DNA of 64,000 nucleotides from Rhina ancylostomus (lineage: Eukaryota): contig JARFYF010000065.1 in assembly GCA_030265395.1 (NCBI GenBank), positions 5,840,253 to 5,904,252 of the forward strand, read 5' to 3'. Below are positions 38,430 through 50,067 of the stretch, piece by piece. Numbering within the stretch: position 1 is the stretch's first letter; the number at the start of each line of letters is the position of its first letter. The translations under genes were made by a program, and so were the position numbers. Below the pieces are notes generated by a model that was not told the DNA's origin, made no database searches, and saw only the letters and a program-made list of their open reading frames with translations.

Positions 38430-39830
38430 AAAGTCAAAGAGTCATACAGCAAGCAACAGGCCCTTTGGCCCACACTATCCATAGCAATCATCAAGTAGCT
38501 TTCTCCACTGATCCCATTTACCAGCTCTTGATCCATAGCCTTCTGTGCCTTGGCAATTCCGGAGTTTGCTTAGACACTTCTTAAATGTTGTGAAAGTCTC
38601 CACCTCCACCACCACCTCAGGCAATGCATTCCAAGCTCCAAACTTCACTCCTCTGGTTGAAAAATAAATCTACCTTGTATCCTCTCTCATATCCTTTTAA
38701 TCCTTACCTTGAAACTATGGCCAGTTGTTACAGACACCTCTGCTGTTGGGCAATGTTTACTGCAGTCCAACCAATCTTTGCCCCTCGTAACTTTGTACAG
38801 TTCTCAGGCCTTCCTTCAGTTTCCTCTGTTCCTTGGGAAACAAAGTCTATGCAGTCTCTCCTCATAACTGAGGCACTCCATCCTTGGCAACATGTTGGTA
38901 AACCTGCTCTGCACCCTGTCCAGAACAATCACACCTTTTCTTGTCCATCTTGTCCTGAGATGACCAAAACTGCACACTATGTCCCAGACATGGTCTCAAC
39001 AATCTTTAGTAAAACTACATTGCTTCCCTGATCTTATATTCCACGTGGATAATAAAGGCCAGCATCCCATATGCCTTCTTTACTAGACTTGCTGCCACCT
39101 GCAAGGATCTTTGGACTTGTACAACATGGTACCTCTGTTCCTCTGTCCCTAAGACACCACAGTTTAGTGTGTATCTCCTTCCCCAAACTGTGCCACATCA
39201 CACATATCAGGACTAAATTCCATCTGCTATTGTTCTACACAATTTACCAGCTGATCAATACCTTTCTTTGCCCCAGACTATTCTGCTCGCTATCCACAAC
39301 ACCACCAATTTTTGCATCATCTGCAAATTTATTCATCATAACCCTTCCATTAACATCCAAGTCACCAATGTATATGACAAACATTAAGGTCCTAGCATCG
39401 ATCTAGGTGGTACACCTCTGGTCACGGACTTCCAATCCTAAAAACAACCCTCCACCATTATCCCCTGTCTCTATCTCACATTGTAACTGCCTTACCAAGC
39501 CCAATTTTGGATCCAATTTGCCAATTTACCTTGTACCCATGGCTTCAACCTTTTGGACCATTCTTCCATGTGGGACCTTGTCAAATATCTTACTAAGAGT
39601 CCATGTAGACAACATCAACTGCACTGCCTTCATCTATATAGTTAGTTGCATCTTGAAAAAAAAAGTAAATTAGTCAGGCAGGATTTCTCATCAACAAAGC
39701 CATGCTGGCTATCCCTGCCTTTGTAAGCATTGATTGATCCTGTCCCTCAAAATATTTTCCAATAAATTCCCTGCCATTGACCAAAGACTCACTGACATGT
39801 AATTACCTAGCTTACCTTGACTACCCATCC
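38430..39830 (-). mobile_element. Degenerate CR1 LINE, RT region to 3' tail
   Basis: Reverse complement of RT motifs, e.g. ttgcatcatctgcaaa = FADD and gggaccttgtcaaa = FDKVP. Confidence 0.8.
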
Positions 39831-39899
39831 AAGCAAGTGGAGAGCTCTTTTGCCTTGTAGATTTACTGCTAATAGCAAGGCTGTAAGACAAGGCCAGTA

Positions 39900-40790
39900 G
39901 GTCAGACTGTACTAATAGAAAGAGAAAAAATGAGCCAAGGCAGAAAGAGTCAGCACAGGCAGAAAGAAAGAGTAACCAAAGGCTGGAGAGTTACAGAACG
40001 TACAACCCTTCTGCCCATACCAACCATCTGTACCAATCCCATTAACCAGCATTTTGGTCCAGAGAATGTAACACTGAGTCATGAAAACTTCAAGGTGCCA
40101 AATGGAAGGAGAGGTGTTGTGCCTCAACCCTGTGCTGGGATTTGTTGTAAGGCCACAGGCAAATAGATCAGAGTGGGTAAGGGAAATAAGAAGCAGAGAA
40201 CTGAAAGCTCAGGACACTGCTGCAGGCTGAGTGGAGGTACTTATCAATGCAATCTGCGGTTGGAGACCACATCGTGAACACCAAATGTGGTGCACATTGG
40301 AATGGAAGAACAGCACGTGAATAGCTATTCAACTGGGACAAACTACTCAGTTCTCAGGATGGTGAGAAGGGACAGAGATAATGGGACAGGTGTTGCATCT
40401 CCTGCAATGGCATGGGGAAAGTGCCACTAGATGGTGATGGTGGCTGGGGATGGAAGAGTAGATCAATGAATCATAAAGAGAGTGATCTCTTCAAAATACT
40501 GAATGAAGGAAATACGCATCTAGTGGTGGGATCATGCTGGGGCTGGAAGAAATTGTGAAGAGTGGTGTGTTGAAAGTGGAGGTGGCTGGGTTGTAAAGCA
40601 ACGACTAGAGAAACTCTGTTCTTGTTCTGTCCACAGGGAGAGATAGAGTGAGAGCAGGGGTGTGGGAAATAGAAGAGATGTAGTGGAGGGGAAGCAACAA
40701 TCCAGGAAAGCATTTCAGAGACACCTGTGCCAGGATATCTCATCCTTGGAGCAAATTCAACAGAGACAGAATGGAAAGGGAGAATGGAAG
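39900..40790 (-). mobile_element. Penelope-like element remnant (RT C-terminus/linker)
   Basis: Minus ORF KNRVSLVVALQPSHLHFQHTTLHNFFQPQHDPTTRCVFP resembles the PLE RVPLVLTFHP...DPTTxxIFP motif. Confidence 0.6.
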
Positions 40791-40891
40791 GNNNNNNNNN
40801 NNNNNNNNNNNNNNNNNNNNNNNNNNNNNNNNNNNNNNNNNNNNNNNNNNNNNNNNNNNNNNNNNNNNNNNNNNNNNNNNNNNNNNNNNNN

Positions 40892-41039
40892 GGTCTTTTA
40901 AGAGACTTTTGGATAGGTACATGGAGCTGAGAAAAATAGAGGGCTATGGGTAAGCCTAGTCATTTCTAGGGCACGTTCGGCACAGCTTTGTGGGCCGAAG
41001 GGCCTGAATTGTGCTGTAGATTTTCTATGTTCTATGTTC
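40892..41039 (+). mobile_element. Young CR1 3'UTR copy, same subfamily as 35350-36118
   Basis: Near-identical to 35970-36118; ends ttctatgttctatgttc. Confidence 0.85.
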
Positions 41040-41045
41040 AATCAC

Positions 41046-41112
41046 CTTTCTGCAAGACGGTCCCGATTTTTCTTTGGTTTGTTTGCCTTCTTCTTTTCTT
41101 GCATTGTGGGAA
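41046..41112 (-). CDS. AKAP8L: AKAP8L-family basic exon FPTMQEKKKANKPKKNRDRLAER
   Basis: ttaattag|TT ... AG|gtgatt, 67 nt, phase 1-2. RDRxxER precedes finger 1 as in the family. Confidence 0.85.
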
Positions 41113-42262
41113 CTAATTAAAACAAACCACAACATTCAGCACAAAAACATCAGCCAGTAAACATGCAGTTCCTCTACATTCACCTTCACGCATCAGTTGA
41201 TACAGTTTGCCAGCCCCATCATAAAGATCTTTAGATCCACATCTATAACATTAGATGCAATCCCCTTTCTCCACTGGTCAATCTTTTCTGCTCCTGAAGA
41301 TGCTACCCTCTCCAGCTAGAGAAGTGGCCAGTTTTGCACAAAGCTATTTAAACTATCCAAGCTCTGTAAAGAAAAAACATTACACAATAGAATAACAACC
41401 AGAATCAGAAACTCAGATTGATATTTCTACCCTAATAGAGCACACACTACTGCAAATTTAAAAAAATACTTGGGGTTCAGCTGATGTTAAGCTACCCATT
41501 CACTGTGAACCTCCTCCTTATGGCTTAAGGCATTTTGAGATTTATCCTTGACATAACTATCCCAAGCCCCCTATATCTAGACTCATTTCTGAATTAACTG
41601 AAAGAGTGATCCATTTTTCATCTTTCTTGATTTGGTAGTTCAAGGAATTTTTAAAAGTTAAACTGTGATAAAAATCATGTACTGCTTCCGAGTACTTCTT
41701 GCAAAAATCAAACACATCCAATGTATTACTTCTTTGCATTTCACCGCCACATATCATTACTCACAAACTCTTAAAATAATAATGGAAGTGTTTTCATGAG
41801 TTGCTATTTGTATATTGCAAACCAGTTATGCAGCAATCACAGAAGTTTGTGAATTTACACCATTTTACACCACTGGTTGCAAAATTTGCCAGCTGGTGGT
41901 TGAATAACAGTAAACAAAAGACATACACACGTAAGCTCATGGGGATGTCAGAAGTTGTGATTTTTGATCACTTGTTCAATAAATTCTCACAATTTATGTA
42001 TAATAAAAAAAACAACTCTTGATAAGTTTCTGCCACTCTTCACAGATGGAGTGCTNNNNNNNNNNNNNNNNNNNNNNNNNNNNNNNNNNNNNNNNNNNNN
42101 NNNNNNNNNNNNNNNNNNNNNNNNNNNNNNNNNNNNNNNNNNNNNNNNNNNNNNNTGCCACTCTTCCCAGATGGAGTGCTGAAACATGGAGTAAAGGAAG
42201 GAAAACTTGGTGTGCTATTGACAGGGTATCAGAAGGGACGATGTCACAAAAATTGATCTTAC

Positions 42263-42305
42263 AGCGCTTTGGTTTCTTGTCTGCAGAATCTTTGCCATCA
42301 CCAGT
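42263..42305 (-). CDS. AKAP8L: AKAP8L-family micro-exon TGDGKDSADKKPKR
   Basis: ttccag|ACT ... T|gtaaga, 43 nt, phase 0-1, fits both neighbours. Confidence 0.7.
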
Positions 42306-43583
42306 CTGGAATTAAAATAAAAAGATCATTTTTAAACTCTCCTAAGGTGATTGTTCTACTCCCATCATTTAAAGAATATATTAGAAACAGTGTTCAAGTA
42401 AAACACGTGAAGGTAACTTTCAAGAATATTCTCTAGATTATTCCACATAATCAGTAAGCCTAGGCATATCACAATTTAGACATTTGTAACCAGTAGAAGT
42501 CCCTTGGTTGGCAGTTAAAATTGGATTGATTTATACAACAGACTTCTAATGCCACTGACAATGTCTGTTGCTCTCCTCAACTACAAAACAAGCAGCCTTG
42601 TAAGTATCCAATTACAGAAATATAATGCACCCTTGAAAAAGGTAAACATATTTGCATGATGCATTTCACATTTAACTACTTAAAAATTTGTTAAGCCTGT
42701 AAACTTTATTCCTCAGAATTTCACCAGTGTGACGGTGTGGTGCAAGTACTGACAGCAAAGCTGCCTCTACAATGAATCCTATTTTTACACCTGAATTTCA
42801 CAGTAATTTCATTGGCTGCATTCACAGAAAAGGTAATGACCACTACAGGTCCATTGAGCATATTGTCCATCACAACACAACTAAGTGCTATTGCCCAGTC
42901 TTTGATCATCCACCAAATGATGGAATCACAGGAAATTTATTATACAGGTGGCTTTTTGGCCTCACATGTCTGCATCAGTCCAGTGAAAAAGAGCTCTGCA
43001 GCCTAACCCCACAACAAACTCCACAGTTCCAAGGTCAGGGGTATTCAAACACACACCCATGTATTGTTCAAATGTGATTATGGTTTCAGCACCCCTACCA
43101 CCCTCCGAGTGAATTAATCCTTCCATCAATCACAAAACGCATGTTCACATACAAATCGATTCTAACAATTTTCCCATCTCTAACATTAACTAATTATTCT
43201 GTAATTACTTGGTTTATGTCCATCTCACTTTTTAAAATGTGCATTAATAATCAAACCAAGCCTTTTAATTCGGTTGGCTCTCTGCTATCTTGGATATTCA
43301 GCACGTTGTTTAGATACATTGGATATTTAATACTGGTATAACTATCCAAAAGTTGCCTTTCACTCCTCCACCACAGGATGGCAGAAGCAAGCTTATGCAG
43401 ATGGAATAACAGGTGGAAACAGCGAACTACTCTCAACTAAACAGAGTATAAGCCAGCTAAATTTTGCAAAACCATGCACAAAATAATTGAAATGTACCAA
43501 AAGCATTCGGTCTCTCTACCATACAGAGGACAAGTTCTGTCTGAAGATGCACGAAATAACAATGGCATCCAGGTATTACTTAC

Positions 43584-43618
43584 ACCGCCATCACCAGACT
43601 CAGCGCCATCATCTTCTG
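43584..43618 (-). CDS. AKAP8L: AKAP8L-family micro-exon (A)EDDGAESGDGG
   Basis: gtttcag|CAG (NAGNAG) ... GGT|gtaagt, 35 nt, phase 1-0. Confidence 0.7.
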
Positions 43619-44700
43619 CTGAAACAAAACATGAGACAATTAGATACCAAAACCATTAACACTGGATAAATAGGGCAGTATTTTAAAATTAAAATAGAAT
43701 AATTCATCAAATAAATATTTGTAGTTTCTCAGACTCAATACATGTCACTCTGTAACAAATCTGAGTGTTGAAGCAATAGCAAAATATTCATACACAATTT
43801 TAAATCATTCAAACTAAGTACATCATTTATTGACTAGCTCTATCATAAACCATAAGGAGGTTTGTAGGGTCCAGCAAAATAACACAAGTTAGACTATCCC
43901 ATAGCTATCTAAATAGTCCAGTGATAAAGACATAATCTTAGTTGACTACTGGTCTATACAGGATTTCACAGCAGAGTCTAACCTTGTTTGCCCCAGCATT
44001 GTAATGAACTTCCAAAGGTCACTGTATAACAATTAGGCAGGAATCCAACCCCTTTCTACTGGGGTGATGCAGCTCCTATCTTACATCAATATTAAGACAA
44101 GTTAGATTAAAACAAACCATGGTCAAACCTATTTAATGGACAACAATATAATGACAATTCTAACCCACAACTGCAACTTTGAACCCAGCTTTGATCAACA
44201 CTATCGAATTGCAAAACTACTAGTTCTGTCTTACTTGCCCACCTTGCTACTCTGCCAAAGCTCAAATGAAAAGGTCTCTTTTGGAACCAGATGCCAATGT
44301 GTGTTACCCATATAGCATATATTTAAAAAGAGGAAATCAGTGAAAAACTACTCAAAAAATTTCAAATGCAACTAACTAAAAGATTCAAGAGGCCAGACAG
44401 TGTACCATCTGTACTTAAATACAGCAGAAAGTTTCAGGGATACACCTATACCATTATGCACAAATACTTCCCCTCTCCAAGTCTGGAGGGTGGGCAATAT
44501 ATAGGGCTTTCCTTGAATGCTGTTTCGTTAACTTTTTTGGAAATGTCCCCATGTGAAGGTAACAGAGGGGGAATTGAGCTAAACTGTGTTGCTACATGCA
44601 ATCAAATAGCTTACCAACCATACCCGAGGTCAATGATTTCAAGGTTCCAGAAGAGACAAGTGAATGGAAAGAACTTGGTTGAGGTGGGATCCAAGCATAC

Positions 44701-44806
44701 CTGCATCAGATCCATCTTCAGTTTTTGCCTGTTTGTTCTCTGGCTCATCGGTACTACCGGTAGATGTTTTCCTCTTCCTACCAAAGCCTGCATCCCTTTT
44801 CTTCAT
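44701..44806 (-). CDS. AKAP8L: AKAP8L-family NLS exon MKKRDAGFGRKRKTSTGSTDEPENKQAKTEDGSDA
   Basis: taacag|ATG ... GCAG|gtatgc, 106 nt, phase 0-1. The RKRK...DEPxxK pattern matches the family NLS region. Confidence 0.88.
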
Positions 44807-46639
44807 CTGTTAAAAATCAAAGACAGTTCAATTCCCACAAATTAGGCACCCGTTATTTAAAGTCACTTAAATAAGCACACCAAACAATATCTCCCATCTT
44901 GCATGAAGGATGTGTACAAGCCATCTTCCAACACTCCAGTTTTTAATGCTGTGCCCTCCAAAGAGAAGGCAAAATAAATACAATTTCCATCTCCAATAAA
45001 TTTAGTACCCTTTTTTAATCAGGGCTTCTTGACAATGCCTGTGCACCATTAACATAACCACAGTAACTGAAGTTGACAAAAACTTACATTTCTAATACAC
45101 ATAACAAATATTCCAAAGCCCTCAAATCCAATGGTCACTGCCCCAAGGCAAGGGCAACATTAAGGGCACAACTTGAAATACTGAATGCTGTACTTAAGAG
45201 GATCTAAACCACCAACGTTTTGGACTGACTGTAGAAAATATTATATAATTCCCTATTGTATTTCAGTATCATCCACAACAGACAGTTACCAAATAAGTGT
45301 TTGATAGTCACTTTATAATTTTACAATACCCATCTTACTTCCATACAATATTCTGGATCTGCCAGCTTACATTTGTGATGAGTCCTATTCTGTCACCACT
45401 TTTGAAAGATCTCATGAAAATAGCTGTTTCCCCAGTTACCCATAACATAGCATATCTGATGAGCAATGACCTCAACAACCCTCCCATGACCAAGAAACAT
45501 AGTACGTCATGTCATTATCCAGCTACTGCTTGAAAAGTTAGTTGGCACAAATATGGAGGGAATCGACACGAGAGAAGTTAAAATATCCAATATCCACAAT
45601 TATTATATGAACTTAGTANNNNNNNNNNNNNNNNNNNNNNNNNNNTCAAATGCTGGAGGTGGGGAACACATATTCAAGTCAGAATAGAAAACACATTCAC
45701 TTTTCCTAACCAAATCAAGCACATTTTAACTGTATTGTACAAGTGGATTACACTTGATCAATACGTTAAATTATTGAGTATCCAGTAGGTTCTACAATAA
45801 ATTAGAGAATCAAGCTACTTAACTTGCAACTGCTAGATCACAAGCCAAAAATTAGCAAGTCTTCTGGTACTAAACACAATTTCACTAATAGGTTGTTAAA
45901 ATACTTTGAAAACAGCCCACATTAAGCTAAAGTAGTAATTTTCTTGGAACTTTCATTAATACACAATTCCTGTAAAACAGAGGACAAAGTACTGCAGTGC
46001 AATTACCAGCACTTTAATTCATACATACTAATTACAAACCAAGCATCAAACTGAAGTGTAAGCAATGAGTGCAAAGTGGGGCTGACCACTGAATATAATG
46101 AGGAGGCAGCAAGACAAGAGACTGTAGAATAGACTGAGTACACAGTTATACTCCCAAAAGAAATGAGAAGAAATGACAAAATTGAATACAAACATAGACT
46201 GAGAAATTAATATCATGAGAAATGGCAAATTGTAAAGGAAATTTAAGTTTAAGACAGTAACACATTTTCATTTTTGTCTCATGGTTTTGACGGTAGCTCA
46301 AACAATTGTGAACCATATGGATATTTTTCCCACAAAGTCACTGCAGTCCAGCAGAATCTCAGAGGACTGAGAAACAGCAATCATGACACCCATCTTCAAA
46401 GCCAAAATGGTGCAGATCAAGAGTTAAATATGTAAGAGCCTGGCATGATTGAAAGCATCAAGCACTGTGAGGAGCATGAATCTGCATGCTTTCTTTTAAG
46501 AATGGGAAGTTGTGCCAGATTTATAGATTCCTTTGAGTAGCATCTGACCAAAAAGTAGAAATAGTGAGGGTCACATTCCTAGATATTCAGAAGCCATTTT
46601 GATATTAATGATAGTCACTAGTAATATACTTTTTTTTAC

Positions 46640-47900
46640 AATTTACACAAATGACTTGGATGGAAGCACCAAAAGCATGGATGCTGAATTTGCTGGTGAC
46701 ACAAACATAGGTAGAAAGTTGAGAAGAGGACATAGTAGACTATAAAGGGATACAGTATAGACTGGTTAACTAATTGGACAAAAAATATTGGTAATAGAGT
46801 ATAAGAGGTCCCCAGGTTATGGAAGACCTGATATCCAAAAATCTGACTTTACGCAACTTCTCTCAGACTCTGCTCTCAGGTATAGTATCAAACCTCTTCA
46901 CCAGGAAACAATGGAGGGATCACCCACAGAAAAAGCCAACGCCTTCTCCGAACTCTCCTTCAGGTAAGATCAAATGTCACGAACCCCAAGCCACCCCTTG
47001 TGGCATTCACTTTCTTTTATTGAACTGCTGATAGTTTTCTTGCTGATTAGCAGATCAGCTCCCCCATCACTCAATTTGGGCTGCATCAGACAAACATTTG
47101 TCATAGGACTTGTTACTAGCAAGTGAACTATCACCTATGATGACTTTCCCCAGTCTACTCTTTGCAATTCAGTTCCCAAGGGCCGTCAAGGCTAAGATTC
47201 CACATTACAATTTTGGGGGTAATTTTGTTTGTTTCCAATTTACAGAAAGCTCAGATAATGGCCAGATCTCAGGAACGAAACCCTTACATAACCCAGGACC
47301 CCCTGTATAATGAAATGCAGAGGAATGAGAGTCCCCGGTGCACGAGTCATCAAAGGCTGGTTTGTAAATACAGCTAATAATCGGGAATTGAATAAAAGTA
47401 GGGAGGTTATTTTGGATATTGGTAAGACCATATGGAGTACTGTATTCAGTGCCTTTATTTAAGGAAAGAACATCTAGGGAGGTTTATGAAATTGATAACT
47501 GAAATGGGCAGGTCTTATGAGGAAAGGTTGAATATACTAGGTATATCCACTGGAGAGGGGCTTGATCGAAATATACTAAGATGCTGAGGGGTTTGAAAGG
47601 GTGGCTGTGGAGAGGAAGTATACTGTAGGAGAATTTTGAACTAGGAGTCACCATTTAAAAATATAGGGTCAAACAATTAAAGACAGACTAGGCAAAATTT
47701 ATTCTCTCAAAGGGGTCATAAGTCTTTGGACCTTCTTCCTCAAAGGAAGAAATAGATTATTTCCAATAAGAGAATGAAAGGGTAATGTAGGTGGAAATGC
47801 AAAGTCAAGATTACAATCAGATCATCTTTCACCTTATTAAATGGCAGAGCAGGCTTAAGGAGCCAAATGGCATATTCCTGATCCAATTCATATGCACAGG
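46640..47900 (+). mobile_element. Old CR1 LINE fragment interrupted by a Tigger-like MITE
   Basis: aatgacttggatg...tttgctggtgacacaaa (NDLD..FADDTK-like); RPxxEYC remnant after the insert. Confidence 0.7.
46802..47305. mobile_element. Tc1/mariner (Tigger-like) MITE
   Basis: Imperfect TIRs taagaggtccccaggttatg / cataacccaggaccccctg, flanked by TA on both sides; splits the CR1 host. Confidence 0.6.
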
Positions 47901-48558
47901 AGCCTACTATAGTGATAACAAAAAGTGACACACTCCTAAGATAGACGGCAATGTATTAAACTAGATTAATAAATGATTAGTCTGCAGACTGCCAAGTATC
48001 TGTCTGGCCCAGGAATAACAGTACACCATTCAAGCAAGTCCCATTATTTAATTTGATCATGGCTGATCTGTACTTTTAATTTATGTTTTGTATGTTTGTT
48101 TTTTTTCTTGTGAATGCTGCTCAGATGATGCTAAGTGCCTGTAATGCTACTGCAAGCGTTTCATTNNNNNNNNNNNNNNNNNNNNNNNNNNNNNNNNNNN
48201 NNNNNNNNNNNNNNNNNNNNNNNNNNNNNNNNNNNNNNNNNNNNNNNNNNNNNNNNNNNNNNNNNAGTATGGGTTAGGAAGTTGTGGGCATGTTATGTTG
48301 GCACCAGAAGCGTGGTGACACTTGTGGGCTGCGCCAGAACACTATGCAAAAAGATGCATTTCACTGTGTATTTTGATGTACATGTGATCAATAAAGATAT
48401 CTTACATCTTATCTTATACACACTCCTCTGCAGTCACCTTCAATTGCCAAACAACATCCACTGATGCCAGTGATGTTCCAGAATGAGTTAGCAAAGGATG
48501 AAGTCAATGTAAAACCTATCTTTTTTAATTAACCATCATCTGGTAGATATCCACCTAC

Positions 48559-48781
48559 CTTTAGGATCACTACCAGCAAGCCAGCACTGATGAGCAAAGG
48601 GATCAAACTGCTGATGAACCAGCTAAACCACAGGGTGCCGCTGCTCAGGCCCATAATCCTCATGGTCTCTTTCAGCCGTGTTTCCTTCTCATACACTATC
48701 CCTTTAATTATCACAGCCACTGAGTATATCCAGGCCAGGGTGGTGAAAAGAGGCAGGGACTGGCTCAGGACACGAAGAAAC
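48559..48781 (-). pseudogene. Isolated ABCA1/ABCA7-type transmembrane exon ([74 protein letters not shown]) inside an AKAP8L intron
   Basis: Clear ABCA TMD1 sequence ([17 protein letters not shown]). ccttag|G ... AAG|gtaggt, 223 nt, phase 2-0. No other ABCA exons found in the window. Confidence 0.85.
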
Positions 48782-49004
48782 CTAAGGTCAGACAGCAGAA
48801 GAAGAAGAATTTGTTTCTTTTGTAATTCTTCAAACAATGACATGAGTGAGTGCACTTACACAAAGGCTTTCTTGTGATCTCTTAGATCNNNNNNNNNNCT
48901 CTGTGCCAAACACAGATGTTTGTAAGTTCGTGAACCTGATGTCAGAACAGTTGTTATCGTTTGGTGACAAAAGAGACTGCAGATGTTGTAATCTGGAGCA
49001 GAAA

Positions 49005-49665
49005 AACCTGTCCTGGGCCCAGCACATAGATGCAATCATGGGGAAAGCATGCGAGTCTTTACTTTCTTAGGAGGTTAAGGAGGTTCAGCTTGTCACCGAA
49101 CACCCTAACAAAATTCTACAGATGTACTGTTGAAAGTATCCTGACTGATTGCATCAGGCTCTGGTATTACAGTTCAAATGCACAGGAATGTAAGGAGCTG
49201 CAGAGAGTAGTGGACCCTGCCCGATATATCACAGGCACATCCCTCCCCACTATTTGGTAGTATCTACAGGAGGCACTGCCTCAAGAAGGCAACATCAACC
49301 ATCAAAGATCTCCAGCATCCGGGCTGTGCCATCTTTTCACAGCTACCGTCGGGCAGGGGGTACAGAAGCCTGAAGTCCCACCCCACCAGCTACTTCCCTT
49401 CAACCATTTGGTTCTTGAACCAACCAGCAAAACCCTAATCACTAAGTTTAGCAACTTTGATCACTTTGCACTAAAATGGACTTTCTTTTTGTTCTAATTC
49501 TGTTCTTTCGTGTAAAAATCATCTATAATTTATGTTTAATTTATGTTTTTCTTGAGAATGCTGCTCATATGATACTATGTGCCTGTGATGCTGCTGCAGG
49601 TAAGTTTTTCATTGCACATGTGCACACATGTACTTGTTCATATGACAATAAACTCTACTTTGAAC
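49005..49665 (+). mobile_element. Rex1/Babar LINE 3' fragment (related pieces at 48075-48165 and 57140-57625)
   Basis: LYFLRRLRRFSLSPNTLTKFYRCTVESILT; shared 3'UTR ending tgacaataaac. Confidence 0.8.
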
Positions 49666-49757
49666 TTTCACGTCCATTCAAACACCTTTGTTCCATAATA
49701 TTCTGTAGCCTTACCACTGAGCCTGGTTTCCCAATCAAAGCCCAACCATGCATATCC

Positions 49758-49869
49758 CAGGCCATCCCCGGGTTATGAACGCCTGACTTATGGACACCTT
49801 TACATATGAATGATCTTCCATACCATTAAAATTCAGAAGTCCAATGTACACACAAACAGCAGAACTAGT

Positions 49870-49906
<37 letters not shown>

Positions 49907-50067
49907 AGCAATTGTTCTTTCTTATCAGTCTTGTATGCTTTTGCTGCCATATGTTACAATACTATGGTGGTATGATTACCATACTAAGTGATTTTCATGT
50001 ATTTCCCAACTTATGGACATCTGTAAAAAAAATAAATACAACCTGTTCATTATCTGGGGGTGGCCTG
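49758..50067. mobile_element. Tigger-like MITE with internal (CT)n; right half of a second copy at 62006-62216
   Basis: TIRs caggccatccccgggttatgaac / gttcattatctgggggtggcctg followed by TA. Confidence 0.7.

Noticed and set aside
42031-42180. Direct repeat tgccactcttc(a/c)cagatggagtgct flanking a 100-N gap
   Set aside because: Likely haplotype or overlap artefact at a scaffold gap.
48559-48781. A complete nested ABCA gene interleaved with AKAP8L
   Set aside because: The adjacent ABCA exons (PYPCYVDD-type upstream, LPYSDP-type downstream) were not found in the window, and same-strand interleaving is implausible.
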